A stretch of DNA of 64,000 nucleotides from a virus. The position numbers and the translations under genes were made by a program. Position 1 is the first letter of the stretch. Every line of letters starts with the position of its first letter. Under the pieces are notes generated by a model. It did not search any database. It was given only the letters and a program-made list of their open reading frames with translations, and was not told the DNA's origin. Positions 10,086-20,297 of this stretch are shown here, one piece after another. The stretch covers positions 1-64,000 of IMG/VR virus record IMGVR_UViG_3300046330_000229; one strand, written 5' to 3'.

Positions 10086-11327
10086 CTAGTACAATCTTCT
10101 GGCAGTTATACCAACTGTTAGACGAGCGTTAGCTGGTACAGTCATACCCATATAAGGCACAGCAAATACAGTAGTAGCTGAAGTTACGTTTACTATGATA
10201 GGCCCAACGTGCCCCATAGGATTAAATAGCGCAGATGATCCCAGGTAATATTGTACACCTAAAACACCTAAAACTATATTGTGAGAAATAATAGTTAAAT
10301 TTGGTGTTGCAGATAATAAAGTGGGAACCGTAGCATTGTCGGCACCGTTTGTACCAAAGATACCAAGACCTACTTCAGCGTATCCTGGACCAGTGCCATT
10401 ATTACCACCATCTACAGAAGCAAATAACTCCCAAGTACCTATAGGTAAAGTTATGGAATTACTAGTCATTTGAGAAAATACATTTGAAGCGGTTACAGCT
10501 TTAACGGCACTAGTATTGGTTACGATTACAGCTCCATCATTAGCGTAACTAACATCCCAAGGAGCGGCAGTAGTGTCCAAAGTACTTGTTTTTAATGTTA
10601 ACTGCATACTTGAATTTGGAGCCATAGCTTTAATTAAATTACCGCCGCTAGAGTTAACAGTTACAACTCCAGTACTTCTATTTTTAATCCACCACTGCAT
10701 ACCCGTTTGTATAGTGTTGTTAGCTGGCATAACTAAAGTTTGATTCGAAGTTCCGCTGAAAGTTTGTGTACCAAAGCTTGCGTTTGTTAACGTAGTCGTG
10801 ACACCAGAGGTCACCGTAGGGTTAATTTGAGGCGCAAAGTATCTGGCTACTAGCCCCGCCGTACCATTACGAGCGGCTACTGAAGATGCGTTGGCATTAG
10901 CTTGTGGAGTTATCCAAGTGGGCGCAGAACTTCCGTTAGCTTGTAAAATGTCACCATTATTACCTGAAGGAATACGAGACGGAGCACCTGCGGCAGCACC
11001 ATAGATCATATCGCCGATAGTAGTCATAGGATTTGTCATTTTAGCGTTTAATTGTGTTTGAATAGCAGAAGTTACTCCACTCAAGTACGCCAATTCTGTG
11101 TCGGTAGTCGCTGACACTGTAATAGTGCCCGAACCGTCAGAAGCTAAAGCTCTATTTGCTGTAAACGTAGGCAGTACTGAATCGTTAACCCACGCACCGT
11201 TAACGTATTTTTGAAAATTATTAACAGAAGTGTTATAAATAATCTCACCATTTTGTGGATTAGCTGGCTGACTAGATACAGCCGTTATAACTAACGACTG
11301 TTTTACTTTAAAGGAATTTTTTGACAT
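10086..11327 (-). CDS. Tail fibre / spike protein
   Basis: Fibre motifs: NGEIIYNT, TDTELAYLSGVTSAIQTQLN, NPMTTIGDMIY; T/S/G-rich. Confidence 0.75.
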   Translation of the reverse strand: MSKNSFKVKQSLVITAVSSQPANPQNGEIIYNTSVNNFQKYVNGAWVNDSVLPTFTANRALASDGSGTITVSATTDTELAYLSGVTSAIQTQLNAKMTNPMTTIGDMIYGAAAGAPSRIPSGNNGDILQANGSSAPTWITPQANANASSVAARNGTAGLVARYFAPQINPTVTSGVTTTLTNASFGTQTFSGTSNQTLVMPANNTIQTGMQWWIKNRSTGVVTVNSSGGNLIKAMAPNSSMQLTLKTSTLDTTAAPWDVSYANDGAVIVTNTSAVKAVTASNVFSQMTSNSITLPIGTWELFASVDGGNNGTGPGYAEVGLGIFGTNGADNATVPTLLSATPNLTIISHNIVLGVLGVQYYLGSSALFNPMGHVGPIIVNVTSATTVFAVPYMGMTVPANARLTVGITARRLY

Positions 11328-11364
11328 ATATCTTCATTCTCCAATATATATTTAATTTAGTTAA

Positions 11365-13017
11365 TTACAGTTGGTGAATTTCATATCGTAAATCAACCGA
11401 ATATGCTGTGCTATTGGTGATCTCTAAATTACCGCTGGCATTGATAGCAAAAGTTAAATCATCCATAGACACGTTAGTAGCTACGTATGTATCATTGATC
11501 GCAGCATTAGTGTTGTTACCGGCCGCTTCTTTAGCAATATGTAACGTTCCAACTTTACAATCATTTCCACCTGAAGCTCTAGAAGCTCTGTATTTAATTA
11601 CATAAAATCTACTTGAAGTAATCGACACAGTAGCAACGCCAGCAGCAGCTAAAGCTGTTGTACGATTAGACGTTAATAGTGCATTTAAATTTGTACCCGT
11701 GGCTAATTGAATATTACCTAGTCCAGCGATACGACCATTGTTTGCATTAACAGCGTCATATAAATCTAAACCAATACTATCCCAGTTTGCTGAAATAAAA
11801 GTGCCTTGTTGTAATTGTCTATTTTCAAAATCTACAGTTAATTGTCCCGAACTATTAGCAATAGTACCAGCAACCATATCAACAACCGCACTGCCGTTTG
11901 TAAGTGTCGCAGCGTGAACGTCTTTAATTTTATTAGCAGAACTACCAACATCTCTAGTGTTATTAGAACCAGGGATTAAATCTTGGTTAAACGCTACAGG
12001 AGAAGTTAAATTTGATAAAGTTACGTTTGCACCAGAACCTATACTAGCAATTTCACTTTGTACGAAAGCTGTTGTTGCTATTTGTGTTGTATTAGTAGCA
12101 GGAGCCGCTGTAGGGGCTGTAGGTGTGCCTGTTAAAGCCGGAGACGCAATATTAGCCTTCAAAGCTAGAGCTGTGTCTGTGTAATCTTTAGTAGCAGCAT
12201 CTTGTGCCGCAGTAGGATTAGTGACGTTAATAATTTTATTACTGTTAGCGTTAAAGTTGGCAGTCATCGCCACTGTGCCGTCAGCTTTTAAATACGGAGA
12301 CAAATCAACAGCAGATATTGCTCTAGCATTAGTAAAATAAAGGTTAGTCGCACCTTCGGCTAAATCATCTGTAGTTTTTGTTGCAAGCGTCGTGTTAAAT
12401 CTAGCTGTAGTGTAGTAAAAGTTAGTACCACCTTCAGCGATGTCATCTGTATCTAAAACAACAACACCAGTAAGTCCGTTTACAGACATTACAGCATTAG
12501 AATTAGAAGATTTTTGCCAAATAGCTCCGCTATACACAACCCAGTCGCCTACACTAAATACTTGAGATCCTGAACCTAAATCTTGTGTACCAGCAGTGTT
12601 AACGCGATAAACGTCACCAGCATTACCTGTGCCATCTGCTAAAGTAGGTGTATTAGTAGCAGCATCCCAGTTGCCTTTGTAATCCATAACAGAATTAGGT
12701 AATTGAGCAGCAGGAACTTTACCGCCAGCATCTAGAGTTGCAACACCGAGTGCCGCAGCTTTTTCAGATGTAGGAATGTAATTGGCTAAAGCCGCACTAG
12801 TGCTAACTAAAGCCCAGTTTGTCGTACTACCGTTATCTTGTTTGATGTATACGTTTTGCGTACCATCCTGCATATACATAGAACCGCTGACAGCATCAAC
12901 AGCCGATACGGTTGGATCAGCGTTGTTACCAGTTATGATCTGGATGTCAGACTCCTGAAAACGTAAAATCTTTTTTAAAAGTTTTACAGCACCTAAGTTA
13001 AAAATTGTACTAGCCAT
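11365..13017 (-). CDS. Tail fibre protein
   Basis: GVATLDAGGKVPAAQLP, YKGNWDAATNTP, TTDDLAEGATNLYFT, ASPALTGTPTAPT...TQIATTAFV fibre motifs. Confidence 0.8.
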   Translation of the reverse strand: MASTIFNLGAVKLLKKILRFQESDIQIITGNNADPTVSAVDAVSGSMYMQDGTQNVYIKQDNGSTTNWALVSTSAALANYIPTSEKAAALGVATLDAGGKVPAAQLPNSVMDYKGNWDAATNTPTLADGTGNAGDVYRVNTAGTQDLGSGSQVFSVGDWVVYSGAIWQKSSNSNAVMSVNGLTGVVVLDTDDIAEGGTNFYYTTARFNTTLATKTTDDLAEGATNLYFTNARAISAVDLSPYLKADGTVAMTANFNANSNKIINVTNPTAAQDAATKDYTDTALALKANIASPALTGTPTAPTAAPATNTTQIATTAFVQSEIASIGSGANVTLSNLTSPVAFNQDLIPGSNNTRDVGSSANKIKDVHAATLTNGSAVVDMVAGTIANSSGQLTVDFENRQLQQGTFISANWDSIGLDLYDAVNANNGRIAGLGNIQLATGTNLNALLTSNRTTALAAAGVATVSITSSRFYVIKYRASRASGGNDCKVGTLHIAKEAAGNNTNAAINDTYVATNVSMDDLTFAINASGNLEITNSTAYSVDLRYEIHQL

Positions 13018-13036
13018 CGTGAGATTCTCCTATGTA

Positions 13037-13540
13037 TTAAATGTTGCCTAAAGCGTTTATAATTAATTTACCATTTGAAATTGTGTTGACTAATGAACGA
13101 ACTGATACCCGAGATCCGGATAAAATAGTAATTTCTACCTCACCACCACCCAGCGGCAATGCGGCTACGTTCACTTCAGATCCAGGTGCGCCAACGCATA
13201 ACACCATATATTCTCCTATGTCTTCTATAATTTGCACTTTATATATAGTGCTAGACAAAGATGAAAATATCTGTACCGGAGTAGCTACAGTAATATTAGT
13301 TGCGGATGTATCAACTAGCGCCGATATTTGCTTTACTGTAATTGGTGTGGAACTAGACGACGCGGTATTAGATTCTATTTGAGTAAGAAGCGTGATTTGT
13401 GTATCTTGTTTCGCTTCAGTGGCCGCACCCACGGGAGGTGGAACGACAATAGAACCAGTAATTCGTAATGAATTAGTTACTTCATCAAAGACCTTTTTGA
13501 TGATATTTTCTTGATTTAGTAATGCTCCTGGTACGCTCAT
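13037..13540 (-). CDS. Virion structural protein sharing an N-terminal domain with 24543..26831
   Basis: ENIIKKVFD N-terminus; GAATEAKQD motif. Confidence 0.55.
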   Translation of the reverse strand: MSVPGALLNQENIIKKVFDEVTNSLRITGSIVVPPPVGAATEAKQDTQITLLTQIESNTASSSSTPITVKQISALVDTSATNITVATPVQIFSSLSSTIYKVQIIEDIGEYMVLCVGAPGSEVNVAALPLGGGEVEITILSGSRVSVRSLVNTISNGKLIINALGNI

Positions 13541-13552
13541 GTTTTTGTTTCC

Positions 13553-15637
13553 TTATATATAATCTGGTAAAACTTTAATAATGTAGGTGACCGATGAATT
13601 GCTTGGTCTGGTTTCTAACACACCAGTAGAGCTAGTTGCACCTAAACTGCCACCACTAGCATCAATATTATCAGCATTACCAGGATTTACACCCTGGTTT
13701 GGAAATCCTAGCACGTTGTGAGTATGTGCTTGTATTGCTTGACTTTGGATAGATCCTACGAAAGTGTTTAATTCTGTAGATGGGTAGGAAACTGAATTAC
13801 CGTAACGTATTGATGTATATAAATCTGTTTCTAATGTAATAGTAATCGCTCCTGCTACCGTAAACAACACCGCGCCTACATTAGAGTAACATGCGTCCAG
13901 TGTATTAAATACAGAAAACTGTCCGAGATTTGTTGTAACATCAATAAAATAGTATCCATTAAGTCCGCCGCCTTGTACAAAAACTCTGTCACCAGTTTTC
14001 ACATTAGTCCAAGCGTTTACACCAACGCCACCGATAGCTTGTGAAGGTATTGCTGTTGGTAAAGAAAAACCAAAAGCTATACCTTGAACCGCGTAATACT
14101 CCGTACCGCCGCGTAGAAATTGTCCACGAAGATCAGGAAGTAGAACTTTTCCTACAGGTACAACTTGATTGTATTTTTTCCAATTTGTGCCAACTTTTTC
14201 ATTGTATATAGGAAAATCAGCAATATCTAATTCTCTACCATTACAATATTTATAGTCAGAAGGGATTTGAGATAGATCTCCAGCAAACGATTCTATCATA
14301 CCAACACGACTGATGTCAACTTTACCCATTAGTACAATTCGAGTAAACCCACCAATTAGAACCATTTGAAACTGAATCATTTTACCAGAAGCTAGAACAT
14401 AATCGTAATCACCAGGAACAGCTATTTCAAAGTCAGTTGTTGCACCGTTTGCGAAATTAACTAAAACAACATCTGCACCGGAATTATTATACAACGTTGC
14501 GGTGGTATTTAAATGCCCAGTATTAATAGATTTAACAACACCCGATAAAGCCGTTGTGATCGTATTTACGGGAGACGTACATGTTAGAGTAAAATCTACT
14601 AAGGTATATACGGCCTCTGATTGTAATTGTTCTAGAGGTTTAGTTAACGTTTTTATGGATGTTATAGTCTGATCATTGCCTGTAGTTAAAATTTCACTCT
14701 CAGCAGATAAGGGTCCTACTTTAAATTTAGAAGACAAAGCTGAGTCGTAAACCAAAGAACCGTAAGTTCCGGTACGTTCGACGGTAATACCGGCACCTTG
14801 TGAAGTAAGATCATTTCCACCATGATTTACAATAATATTAGGATCTTCTACTGTGAGATTTTGTGTGTTGATTGTTGTAGTTGTTCCGTTAACAGTAAGA
14901 TCGCCTTGTAATACAGTGTCTCCGTCAACAGTAAGATCATTACCTATAGTTGCGTCGTTAGTTACATCTAAATCGTTACCAATATTAACATTGTTAGTAG
15001 CTTCTACAAAGTTAACATTTAAAGTGTTGTATCGTAAAATAGCACTACCTAAATCGACATTAAGATCTATTCCTGGTAACAAATCTTCGTTTATAGCAGT
15101 AGGAGAAACTAAATTAGATAGTGTGACGTTAGCTGCTCCAGTGGCAACAATTAGTTCTACGTATGTACCGGCTTGGTTAATCCAAAATGTACTTGTAGTT
15201 GTATTGTAAATAATATCTCCAGCATTACCAGCCGGAGGAGTAAGTACTGGAAACGTTTTAACTGGAACACGAATAGAATTACCGTTGATGACTAACTCTT
15301 TTGTACCTAAGTCTAGCGTTGTCGCTGATACGTTAGTTGTGTGTGTAATTGAGGAGTCTACTATTTTATGAGTAGAAGCTTCTGATAATAATAATTTATT
15401 GTCCGTGGTATTTGTAAGTGAAACAGTTTTATTTGTTAGTACTTGAGGAGAGTCAGTGTCAATAAGAGTTGTAGTAGCATCGGGTAAAGTAATGACACGG
15501 TTAGCAGTTTGTGAAGATTGTAATACAGTATTAGTGTTAGATGTAGCACTATTAGAAACTGAAAGTTCTATAGACTTAGATTGATCTACTTCGTTAATTA
15601 TTCGTATTGCTTTTAAAAATCTCTTAATGCTTAACAT
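13553..15637 (-). CDS. Tail fibre protein with tail-collar domain
   Basis: GDLTVNGTTTTIN motif; C-terminal collar motifs CNG...LPDLRGQFLRG and Q..HTH...ETRPSN...YIIK. Confidence 0.8.
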   Translation of the reverse strand: MLSIKRFLKAIRIINEVDQSKSIELSVSNSATSNTNTVLQSSQTANRVITLPDATTTLIDTDSPQVLTNKTVSLTNTTDNKLLLSEASTHKIVDSSITHTTNVSATTLDLGTKELVINGNSIRVPVKTFPVLTPPAGNAGDIIYNTTTSTFWINQAGTYVELIVATGAANVTLSNLVSPTAINEDLLPGIDLNVDLGSAILRYNTLNVNFVEATNNVNIGNDLDVTNDATIGNDLTVDGDTVLQGDLTVNGTTTTINTQNLTVEDPNIIVNHGGNDLTSQGAGITVERTGTYGSLVYDSALSSKFKVGPLSAESEILTTGNDQTITSIKTLTKPLEQLQSEAVYTLVDFTLTCTSPVNTITTALSGVVKSINTGHLNTTATLYNNSGADVVLVNFANGATTDFEIAVPGDYDYVLASGKMIQFQMVLIGGFTRIVLMGKVDISRVGMIESFAGDLSQIPSDYKYCNGRELDIADFPIYNEKVGTNWKKYNQVVPVGKVLLPDLRGQFLRGGTEYYAVQGIAFGFSLPTAIPSQAIGGVGVNAWTNVKTGDRVFVQGGGLNGYYFIDVTTNLGQFSVFNTLDACYSNVGAVLFTVAGAITITLETDLYTSIRYGNSVSYPSTELNTFVGSIQSQAIQAHTHNVLGFPNQGVNPGNADNIDASGGSLGATSSTGVLETRPSNSSVTYIIKVLPDYI

Positions 15638-15643
15638 TTATAC

Positions 15644-16159
15644 CTACCGAATAATACTTGTTGTTTTAAATCTGATGTAACCTTCGTAATTAGAATCGCC
15701 TGGACCAGAAAGCTTATCACTGCTGTAGTATTTAACTTGTCCAGAATTATCAACATCAAAATACACTAAAGTTGGAACATCATTTACATCCGCAACGTTA
15801 GTTATTTCTCTAGTAATAGACCATTTATTTAAAGGATTAACTTCACTGTAATATAGAGTTAAAATACCATCTTCAGATGACTCACTAGTTAAAGCTGTTT
15901 TTCTATAGATGCGGTAAACTACTGTAGCCACTCGACAAAGTGTTTTATTAAAAATAAGACCTAAAACTGATTTAGCGTTAACTGAAGAAATGTTATTTTC
16001 AATTACAGATTGAGTTTCTGTTAGCGTACCAAGACCAGCAAAGCTGTCTAAAACTATAGTTACTTCTCTTGCCCAGTTAGTTACTTCTGATGCCCAATTT
16101 GGTTCCTTACCTGGATCGGGATAAGCAAAAATTTTAGAGTTAACTTTTAAATCACTCAT
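15644..16159 (-). CDS. Virion (tail) protein
   Basis: First gene after a late promoter, upstream of the fibre genes. Confidence 0.5.
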   Translation of the reverse strand: MSDLKVNSKIFAYPDPGKEPNWASEVTNWAREVTIVLDSFAGLGTLTETQSVIENNISSVNAKSVLGLIFNKTLCRVATVVYRIYRKTALTSESSEDGILTLYYSEVNPLNKWSITREITNVADVNDVPTLVYFDVDNSGQVKYYSSDKLSGPGDSNYEGYIRFKTTSIIR

Positions 16160-16224
16160 AGTACTCCTATATAATATATATGTTAAATCGGCACTATCTT
16201 TATATAGCTAAATACTCGAGGTTA

Positions 16225-16626
16225 TTATGGATTAAACCAGATTGTTCCCTTGGGTTTATAAGACCCAAAAGCCTCTATCTGGAAGTGTTGCCAGCCACCT
16301 TGACGCGTTTCTAGCCATACACCAATAGATCTAAGCCATTCTTCGTTTTCCTTACACCAAGCATTGAGCTTACCGTCAGCATCAGCTACGTCGGCAGCTA
16401 GAGCACGTAAATGCTTAGATTTCATAGGTATTTTCTTTTTGTCTGTAATACCTTTTTCGCGATAAATCCGTAAGTGCTCGGATTCACTACGGAATCCTGA
16501 AGTTATACGCATAATCTTGCCATATTTAGCTCTAATTAAATTCATAATCTCTAATAATTTCAATAAGTTAGCTTCATACTCTTTTGGAATTTCAGCACCT
16601 TTTGTGATTTCTTCTCTAGTAATCAT
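16225..16626 (-). CDS. Endolysin, peptidase M15 family
   Basis: ITSGFRS, SKH...AAD and WQH zinc D-Ala-D-Ala peptidase motifs. Confidence 0.8.
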   Translation of the reverse strand: MITREEITKGAEIPKEYEANLLKLLEIMNLIRAKYGKIMRITSGFRSESEHLRIYREKGITDKKKIPMKSKHLRALAADVADADGKLNAWCKENEEWLRSIGVWLETRQGGWQHFQIEAFGSYKPKGTIWFNP

Positions 16627-16668
16627 ATTATCCTTGACTCCCTATATAATATATGTTATATTGTAAGA

Positions 16669-16896
16669 ATGGCACATAAAGGTAAATTTATAGGTGTGTA
16701 TACGTATAACAAACAGAAAAACAGATATATGGCATACTTAACTGAGGGCGAAACCGTCAAAATGTATTATGCTAGAGGTGAGGGTGTTACTATACATCTA
16801 AAAGTTTTAGAAAGTGGAACTTTGGTTACAACAAACTTAGATGTAGCAGTATTATACATGTTTGTTACAACGGGAGAGTTGTTTGATGCTGGATAA
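16669..16896 (+). CDS. Small paralog family A, member 1
   Basis: C-terminal LVTTNLDVAVLYMFVTTG. Confidence 0.6.
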   Translation: MAHKGKFIGVYTYNKQKNRYMAYLTEGETVKMYYARGEGVTIHLKVLESGTLVTTNLDVAVLYMFVTTGELFDAG

Positions 16897-17122
16897 AAAT
16901 AAGACATATTATGGTTGTTATATTAAAAAAAGGTATTATAAGGTGTTTTTTGAAAGAGGTACGTGGCACTCTCACGATACACAGTATACTGCATCTGAAA
17001 AAATAGACGAAGATGTTTTGGAACATAGTGTGACAACTAATCACTTTGTGATAATAACAAGCGATGAAAAGGTTTGGCGCACTTATATAGACGTTTTAGG
17101 AATCAAGTGCAAATGGTATTGA
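16886..17122 (+). CDS. Small paralog family A, member 2
   Basis: C-terminal IITSDEKVWRTYIDVLG; ATG at 16886 preferred to the ORF-track start at 16862. Confidence 0.55.
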   Translation: MLDKNKTYYGCYIKKRYYKVFFERGTWHSHDTQYTASEKIDEDVLEHSVTTNHFVIITSDEKVWRTYIDVLGIKCKWY

Positions 17123-17334
17123 TGCGAATAAACAGAGGTCACAACTATGAGTATATAATAGATGATATAGATATAAATTATAACTATATACAGAGATATT
17201 ATGCTCTTACTGGTACACAGCGAAAATTACCGTATGACTTTTTTGCTATGGACTCTAAAAGATTTGAAATAGTAACAGAAGATGATAATGTTATTCGTAT
17301 AATGTGGTGGGTTATGACTGGTAAAATACTATGA
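17116..17334 (+). CDS. Small paralog family A, member 3
   Basis: C-terminal IVTEDDNVIRIMWWVMTG; start uncertain (ORF track 17074; in-frame ATGs at 17113 and 17122). Confidence 0.5.
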   Translation, partial: VLMRINRGHNYEYIIDDIDINYNYIQRYYALTGTQRKLPYDFFAMDSKRFEIVTEDDNVIRIMWWVMTGKIL

Positions 17335-17522
17335 TATTGTATAGATATATTGACGAGTTTTGGGTTGACGTTCAATGGGGCGAAGATTATAGCATGCGTT
17401 ACTACCAAGACGGCAAACACGTCCCTATCCATGTCAGCAATGTAACTTTGGCCGATTATAGTTGTGACAACAGGGATGTAATACGTAAATTTTGGAAAAT
17501 GTGGACAGGTAATGACATATAA
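17331..17522 (+). CDS. Small paralog family A, member 4
   Basis: C-terminal SCDNRDVIRKFWKMWTG. Confidence 0.6.
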   Translation: MILYRYIDEFWVDVQWGEDYSMRYYQDGKHVPIHVSNVTLADYSCDNRDVIRKFWKMWTGNDI

Positions 17523-17733
17523 AATGTATAGAATTAATAATATTTTGTATGTAACATTACATGAAAATTCTGGTATGCACTCTATAGTTTGTTGTGTTCC
17601 AGGAAGTGTTCACTACAATCGTATCCAATTTGAATACCCAGATTATTTGTTAGAAAACGACGATTTAGTCAGCGAAGATCAGCCTAGTATAATTAAATAT
17701 ATAAAGTTATTTGGTAGAACTGATTTACTATAA
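17512..17733 (+). CDS. Small paralog family A, member 5
   Basis: C-terminal LVSEDQPSIIKYIKLFG. Confidence 0.6.
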   Translation: MTYKMYRINNILYVTLHENSGMHSIVCCVPGSVHYNRIQFEYPDYLLENDDLVSEDQPSIIKYIKLFGRTDLL

Positions 17734-17804
17734 CACTGGCTCAATTAGACACAATTTTAATAAATATATTGACAAGTGGTGATACTTTGTGGTAAGCTAA
17801 GTGT

Positions 17805-18683
17805 ATGAAAACGTGTACAGTATGCAAAGAAACAAAAGAATTAGATCAATTTCAAAAAAGATCTCATACAGGTAGGCATAGAACTGAGTGTAAAACTTGC
17901 AGAGATGCTTACAATAATACACGTAGAGCTAAGATTGCAGCTTCACCAAAGTTAGCCGTAGATTACAAATTATGCCCTTGTTGTAACACTACAAAGAATG
18001 CTAGTGAATTTGGTAAAGATAAAGCTAAGCTTGATGGACTGTCGCCCGTGTGTAAAATTTGTAGAAAGCCGCAAAGTAAGAAATACTATGAAAAACATAA
18101 AGATGTTATTCTTCCTAAACAAAAAGTGTACCATGAAAAAAACAGAGACAAACAATTGAAAACCCAGAAACTATATAGAATAAACAATGCTGAAGAAATA
18201 TCACTTAAAAAAAGTGTAAAAAGTAAAACTCCCGAATACAAAGCTAAGCAGAATAAGTATACAAAACACAGAAAAGCTACAGACCCCTTCTTTAAATGGA
18301 AGAAATTAATTAGAGGGTCAGTCGGATCAGCGTTACATGCTTACAAAAAACACGGAACTATGTCGTGCGTAAAGGATTTAGGGTGTGACATAGCTACTTT
18401 CGACAAACACATAGCAGATCAATACACTGCTGGTATGACTAAAGATCTACACGGTCGAGGTAGAGGTAAAATACATCTGGATCATATAATTCCTTTAGAC
18501 TTTCTAAAAGGAAAAGAAACTGACGAAGAAGCACATTTAGTTGTTTTAAATTATAGAAACTACAGGCCTCTATGGTGGAATGAAAATCAAGCAAAAAAGA
18601 ATAACATGCCTCAAAACTGGAAGTCTCTTTATGATACAATTTTAAAAGAATTAAAAAAAGACTTGACAAAAAAACAAAAATAA
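17805..18683 (+). CDS. HNH homing-endonuclease-like protein with two N-terminal CxxC zinc-ribbon repeats
   Basis: KTCTVCKETK...CKTC and KLCPCCNTTK...CKIC; C-terminal HLDHIIP...NYRPLWWNENQAK. Confidence 0.8.
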   Translation: MKTCTVCKETKELDQFQKRSHTGRHRTECKTCRDAYNNTRRAKIAASPKLAVDYKLCPCCNTTKNASEFGKDKAKLDGLSPVCKICRKPQSKKYYEKHKDVILPKQKVYHEKNRDKQLKTQKLYRINNAEEISLKKSVKSKTPEYKAKQNKYTKHRKATDPFFKWKKLIRGSVGSALHAYKKHGTMSCVKDLGCDIATFDKHIADQYTAGMTKDLHGRGRGKIHLDHIIPLDFLKGKETDEEAHLVVLNYRNYRPLWWNENQAKKNNMPQNWKSLYDTILKELKKDLTKKQK

Positions 18684-18697
18684 GGTAGTATAATATT

Positions 18698-19015
18698 ATG
18701 AATAAAAAAGATAAAAAACAAATTATGAAGAAATTAGAAGCTAACTTACTAGAGTTACAAAAAAAAGTAGAGAACGTTGCTTGGGATCAGGCTAAAGCTA
18801 AAAGCAATCCTTACACTATAGGTAGAGAACTTTTTGACGAAGTTGAATCGATGATTTATTCTATGATAGAAAAAAATGAAAAACTTAATTCACCAATTGA
18901 AGACATAAATATGTTGATGTTGGGTTTTATGGACGAAGCGTTAGAGTGTTATATTGATATTCATGAAGAAGAAGACACACTAGCTAACGTGGCGGAGTAT
19001 ATTAAACAGAAATAA
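18698..19015 (+). CDS. Hypothetical protein
   Basis: ORF immediately after a sigma70-like promoter (possibly leaderless). Confidence 0.55.
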   Translation: MNKKDKKQIMKKLEANLLELQKKVENVAWDQAKAKSNPYTIGRELFDEVESMIYSMIEKNEKLNSPIEDINMLMLGFMDEALECYIDIHEEEDTLANVAEYIKQK

Positions 19016-19043
19016 AAAAAGGAGCCTTTCGGCTCCCCTTTTA
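19012..19043. terminator. Bidirectional intrinsic terminator between convergent genes
   Basis: A-tract, GGAGCC-TTTC-GGCTCC hairpin (19021-19036), T-tract; lies downstream of the major capsid gene. Confidence 0.85.
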
Positions 19044-19064
19044 CTAATATCATCTTAATTAAAA

Positions 19065-20297
19065 TTAAGAAACAACTAGATTTGTTACTAAGATCTGGCG
19101 ACCTGGCTTTATGCAAAGTACAGCTTGATCAGTATAAGCACGTAATTCAACACCAGCGTGTGAACTAAGCTCAAGTAAATACTTGTCAGCTTGTCCAGGG
19201 CGTTTGAAAGTTACGTCAGTAGAACCGATACGTCTCCAGTCATCTTTACAGATGATGAAAGCGTGACCTTGTTTAACGTGGATGTAAGGAACGATTTCAA
19301 CCATACCATTTTGTGAATGGAATTTGATTGTACGTGCTCCGTTTTCAGCTACGTTAGTTGAGTATGAACTGTCGTACATACGTAAAGCAGCTTGCTCAGT
19401 TAACAAGTCATCCCAGTGACCAGGATTACAAAGAACAGTTACGTCTTTATCTAATCCTTTTTCAACACCTTTAGTAATCGCTTGTTGGATTACAGAAAAT
19501 GACAATACATCTGGAGATGGTAAAGCGAATTGCGTACCTTCCCACAATTCATATTGTGCAGCATCGATACCGAACATTAATCCAGTATTTTCCATGATTT
19601 TCTTCATACCTAACATTTGCTTACCAAATGCACCTTGTGGGTACAATTTGTGACCAGCCGCGATACCAACGATACCAAGACCTTGAAGTGTTACGATCTT
19701 AGTGTTAAGATCTACACGTTGAATTGAGGCTGTACCAACAAGAGTTACACCATTGTACGCGTCAACTTTCATACCACGAGATCCAGCAAAAATACCAGCA
19801 GCAAATTCTGCATCAGTAATTTTGAATGAAGTCGCTGTAGGAGCTGGAGCAGCATCAACGATACCGATTCCATCTTGTCCGTATAGTAATTCTACTTCTA
19901 ATTTCTTATAAAGTGAATCCATCATGTTTTGAACAACAAACTTAGTTGTTTCTTCAAAAGCTTGCTCATCACCTTCAGAACGGAAAATAGATTCATACGA
20001 CATAGCCGCACGTAATACTAATTGGTAACCTTGAATAGTTGCTTGACGTACTTGTCCCGCTACTGCATCATTAAGAGCAAAAGCTCCGTCTTGTGAACCA
20101 GCGTATGTAATACCTTGTTCTAAGCCTAAAATGATGGCTTGGTTATATGATTCGCCTGTTTTTTTCTTTGGTAAGAAAGGAATCATTTCTGCTACTTTTT
20201 TGCCTACTGGGATAATGTTTTCTAAACGCTCCGCGTAAACTTTTTTGAAAAGACCATTAAACGTGTTAATGTCTCCTGCTCCTGGAAAATCTGCCAT
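19065..20297 (-). CDS. Major capsid protein
   Basis: 410 aa after the scaffold gene; LFKKVYAE N-terminus, C-terminal ELRAY...CIKPGRQILV; strong codon bias; followed by a terminator. Confidence 0.85.
   Translation of the reverse strand: MADFPGAGDINTFNGLFKKVYAERLENIIPVGKKVAEMIPFLPKKKTGESYNQAIILGLEQGITYAGSQDGAFALNDAVAGQVRQATIQGYQLVLRAAMSYESIFRSEGDEQAFEETTKFVVQNMMDSLYKKLEVELLYGQDGIGIVDAAPAPTATSFKITDAEFAAGIFAGSRGMKVDAYNGVTLVGTASIQRVDLNTKIVTLQGLGIVGIAAGHKLYPQGAFGKQMLGMKKIMENTGLMFGIDAAQYELWEGTQFALPSPDVLSFSVIQQAITKGVEKGLDKDVTVLCNPGHWDDLLTEQAALRMYDSSYSTNVAENGARTIKFHSQNGMVEIVPYIHVKQGHAFIICKDDWRRIGSTDVTFKRPGQADKYLLELSSHAGVELRAYTDQAVLCIKPGRQILVTNLVVS

Noticed and set aside
16186-16215. Possible minus-strand sigma28 site (GCCGATTT) upstream of 16159
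   Set aside because: Poor -35 and -10 match, and it overlaps a clear late-promoter motif
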